This document shows positions 49,586-52,064 of a DNA stretch of 52,064 bases, piece after piece (the stretch's first letter is position 1; each line of letters begins with the position of its first letter). Location of the stretch: assembly GCA_001770205.1 (NCBI GenBank), contig MEQL01000015.1:1-52064 (forward strand), in the 5' to 3' direction. The translations under genes were made by a program, and so were the position numbers. The notes beneath the pieces are model-generated. The model saw nothing but the letters and a program-made list of their open reading frames with translations, did no database searches and was not told the origin of the DNA. The DNA is from Bdellovibrionales bacterium RIFOXYD12_FULL_39_22 (GTDB lineage: Bacteria > Bdellovibrionota > Bacteriovoracia > Bacteriovoracales > Bacteriovoracaceae).

Positions 49586-49939
49586 ATGAAAAGAGTTAAT
49601 AAGAAAAACAGAAGAAGTGATACAAAGATTATGACAAAAGAGGCGGCAGTACTTAAATATTTGAGAGAGTCTCGAAAACTCTCTCTTCGAAAGGCGGCCA
49701 GCGTGATTGGCCTCTCCGAAGCAAAATTAAACCATGCTGAGAATGGCCGCTGTGATCTAATCCCGTCATTGATTCTGAAGATCATTAGTGGATACAAATA
49801 TAGCTACGAGGATTTTATTAATTTGGTGAGAGGCAATAAAGAGATGCCATCAAACACTTATGCGGAGTGTGTTGAAATTTTGAAACGCCTAGATAAGGTA
49901 AAGCTGAAAACGGTAAAGGCAATTTTGGAAAGTTTTTAG
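49586..49939 (+). CDS. Xre-family HTH transcriptional regulator
   Basis: LKYLRESRKLSLRKAASVIGLSEAKLNHAENGR; GGAGG RBS. Confidence 0.88.
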   Translation: MKRVNKKNRRSDTKIMTKEAAVLKYLRESRKLSLRKAASVIGLSEAKLNHAENGRCDLIPSLILKIISGYKYSYEDFINLVRGNKEMPSNTYAECVEILKRLDKVKLKTVKAILESF

Positions 49940-50146
49940 GTTCCATTATACCAGTTCTGTCCTTGAGTTTGTCATAGTCCGTCCATTTAGTCTTTGAAAC
50001 TTCGTCAGCGGTCCATTCCGGAGACATAGTTTACACTTTTAAACCATTCTGATCGGAATCCAATTCAAAATCTTGAACAACCAAGCTAAGACACGAATTG
50101 GGTTCACTTGAAGCCCGTTAACTAACTTAAATTATTCAGATAAGTG

Positions 50147-50177
50147 TGGTGGAGGTGGTGTCCACCATTCCCATGTC
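50147..50177 (-). repeat. Inverted degenerate copy of the tmRNA 3' end (att-like)
   Basis: Reverse complement GACATGGGAATGGTGGACACCACCTCCACCA vs tmRNA GACGTGGGTTCGATTCCCACCACCTCCACCA: colinear, last 14 nt identical. Confidence 0.65.
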
Positions 50178-50457
50178 TTGATTAGATTTATAGCTAACAG
50201 AAGCGCTAATGTTGCGTGTAGAACCCTTGTGTGAATAATAGGGGTTTAAAAAGGATCCGCAGCTACTTGGCCGTGAGTTGTTCTTGCGTCAGGGGTAGGA
50301 AGATTAGAAGGAATGACTTTGACAGCTAATATGTGAAGGGCCACTTCTGTTTAAACGATGCCCAGAAGAAATTGGCCGATGGCCATAAATTAGTAGAGAC
50401 CCGCCACGGAAATGAATTGTCATTGTTCGTTTGCTACTTCTGTGTTTTAGTTGATGC

Positions 50458-50976
50458 ATGCTAACGAAAGAAACTATTTTCAAAATGTTTGATAAATTGA
50501 ATGAAAAGCTGGCAAAAGATAACTGCCATGGAGAACTATGCATTGTTGGTGGGGCTGCAATGATTTTGCATTTCAACAATCGAATGGCTACGAAGGACAT
50601 CGATGGAATTTTCAAACCGACAAAACAATTTCGACAATATATTTTTGATATTGCAGATGAGTTGGAAATAAATCATGACTGGCTTAATGATGGTGCCAAA
50701 GGATTTATGGGAAAAATTAGTGACGTTTTGGATGTTTATAATGGATCAAATTTGAAGGTATATTCTCCATCGCTTGATTATCTTTTTGCCATGAAGTGCA
50801 TTAGTGCTCGAGCCGATTCATATGATAAACAGGATGTTGAAACATTGGTCAAGGCCTTGAATATTGGTAGTATTGAAGAGGCCATTTTAATTATTGAAAA
50901 ACATTATGATAGGGCCAAGGTTTTACCTAAGACTAAATACTTTTTAGATGAAATTATCAGTAATATGAAAAAATAG
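50458..50976 (+). CDS. Nucleotidyltransferase, AbiEii/DUF6036-like putative toxin
   Basis: IVGGAAM...RMATKDIDG, WLND, LFAMK...AR...DKQD. Confidence 0.8.
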   Translation: MLTKETIFKMFDKLNEKLAKDNCHGELCIVGGAAMILHFNNRMATKDIDGIFKPTKQFRQYIFDIADELEINHDWLNDGAKGFMGKISDVLDVYNGSNLKVYSPSLDYLFAMKCISARADSYDKQDVETLVKALNIGSIEEAILIIEKHYDRAKVLPKTKYFLDEIISNMKK

Positions 50977-51034
50977 ACTAATTTTTTCTGAAATATAGAC
51001 ATAATAATTTCAAAATCATGCTATAATTATAAGT

Positions 51035-51649
51035 ATGAACATAACTCAAGAACTTAGACAGATACTTACCATTGAGGAGATGGCGGTAATTGCCAAGGTA
51101 TCGTCGAGAACGGTTCACAATTGGTTAAACGAAGCTCCAGCAAAAATCCACCCAGGATTTGAAACGCTAAAAACGTTACATGCAGAAGTTTCTAAAATAT
51201 CTGAAAAAGTTCATAATGAACTTTTAAAAAGAGTAATTTTTCAAGGAAACATTTCGAATCTTGCTCTCAAGTATCAGCAGGTATTACTGAAAGGTCGCAC
51301 TTCGGTTTTACAAGCGAGCAAGCAAGTCGTTGATGGGGTGGATTGGAAGATTGCCTTTTTTAATTTCGTAGATGATTTTCGATCGACAAAAAGTTCTAAG
51401 CTTATAGAAGATGCTCCCGTAATTGATTTACCAGAAAAGGAGTATGCGCTTATTTCGGCGATGGTTAGATTTTTGTGCAGGGAGCAGCAGCTTTCGATTC
51501 CTGAGTGGGCAAAGCGCCCATGGCCGCTATCGACACCATGGTTTGTGTCAGGTATGGAGAAGCTGCGAGAGATTGCGCAGAGAGAGGCTCCTGATGATTT
51601 TAGAGTTAATAATATTTTTGTTTTAGATAATTTTATGAGCAGGGCCTAA
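51035..51649 (+). CDS. HTH-containing putative antitoxin/partner
   Basis: N-terminal HTH (TIEEMAVIAKVSSRTVHNWLN); C-terminal IPEWA...PWFV...P..FR.NNIF. Confidence 0.7.
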   Translation: MNITQELRQILTIEEMAVIAKVSSRTVHNWLNEAPAKIHPGFETLKTLHAEVSKISEKVHNELLKRVIFQGNISNLALKYQQVLLKGRTSVLQASKQVVDGVDWKIAFFNFVDDFRSTKSSKLIEDAPVIDLPEKEYALISAMVRFLCREQQLSIPEWAKRPWPLSTPWFVSGMEKLREIAQREAPDDFRVNNIFVLDNFMSRA

Positions 51650-51970
51650 ATTTTTAATCGGAAGTTTTAAAGAAAATATAAAGCGTGGGTGGAAATCGTA
51701 AAAAATTGAGGTTCTTTGTAAGTTGTCTATCCCCATCTTTGACCAAATGTTGTAAACGGGCCTCCAGTAGACACCAGTGCTCTCCATGGCAACTTCAGTT
51801 ACACCGAGTGATTTAATTTTTTTTCCTGCCTCAACCAAATCATCAGTATAGGTGCCACATTCCCAAGTCGTCCTGGTGATTTTTTTGGAATTATTTCCAA
51901 CTAATGTTGTGATAGTTAGTTTCTGTTGGTGAACATCCACACCAGCAACTGCGTTGTACATTGATTCCAT
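51623..51970 (-). pseudogene. Truncated IS110-family transposase (N-terminal RuvC-like part)
   Basis: AGVDVHQ and VAMESTGVYWRPVYN; similarity lost after ~80 aa; GGAGG RBS. Confidence 0.85.
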
Positions 51971-52064
51971 AAAAACCTCCCTAAAAAGTTAATAAGAAGG
52001 CAGGCAATCTAGAAAAATGCAAACTTTGCTATCCGTCTTCAAGATATATATCTTGAGTACAATT

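Overview
AT-rich bacterial chromosome segment. The style of its genes (a prepilin-S74 fibre fusion, many secreted hypotheticals) suggests Bdellovibrionota/Bacteriovoracaceae; this is inference only. It runs from the 3' end of a 5S rRNA gene to a small tmRNA-adjacent accessory region. The main feature is a ~23 kb accessory island (271-23136). It begins with three phage-tail-fibre-derived genes: a type IV prepilin-S74 chaperone fusion, a Tat-signal protein with a single tail-fibre repeat, and a short peptide fused to a peptidase-G2-like autocleaving domain. It continues with nine radical SAM genes (one has its N-terminal half missed by the ORF track because it has no standard start codon, probably CTG), a 150-aa protein ending in four CxC units, two U32-like proteins, two kinase-like proteins, sugar-modifying enzymes and several internal paralog pairs. 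It ends in an IS66 remnant. The rest of the window holds a repeat-containing secreted protein, two two-component systems, amtB, two more paralogs of an island gene, sufBCDSE, MGMT, MFS, DedA, DUF1207, YggU, Maf, rpsU, rarA, ssrA (tag GESYDYAMAA), an Xre regulator, a nucleotidyltransferase/HTH toxin-antitoxin-like pair and a truncated IS110 transposase. All family calls come from reading motifs by eye; no searches were run.
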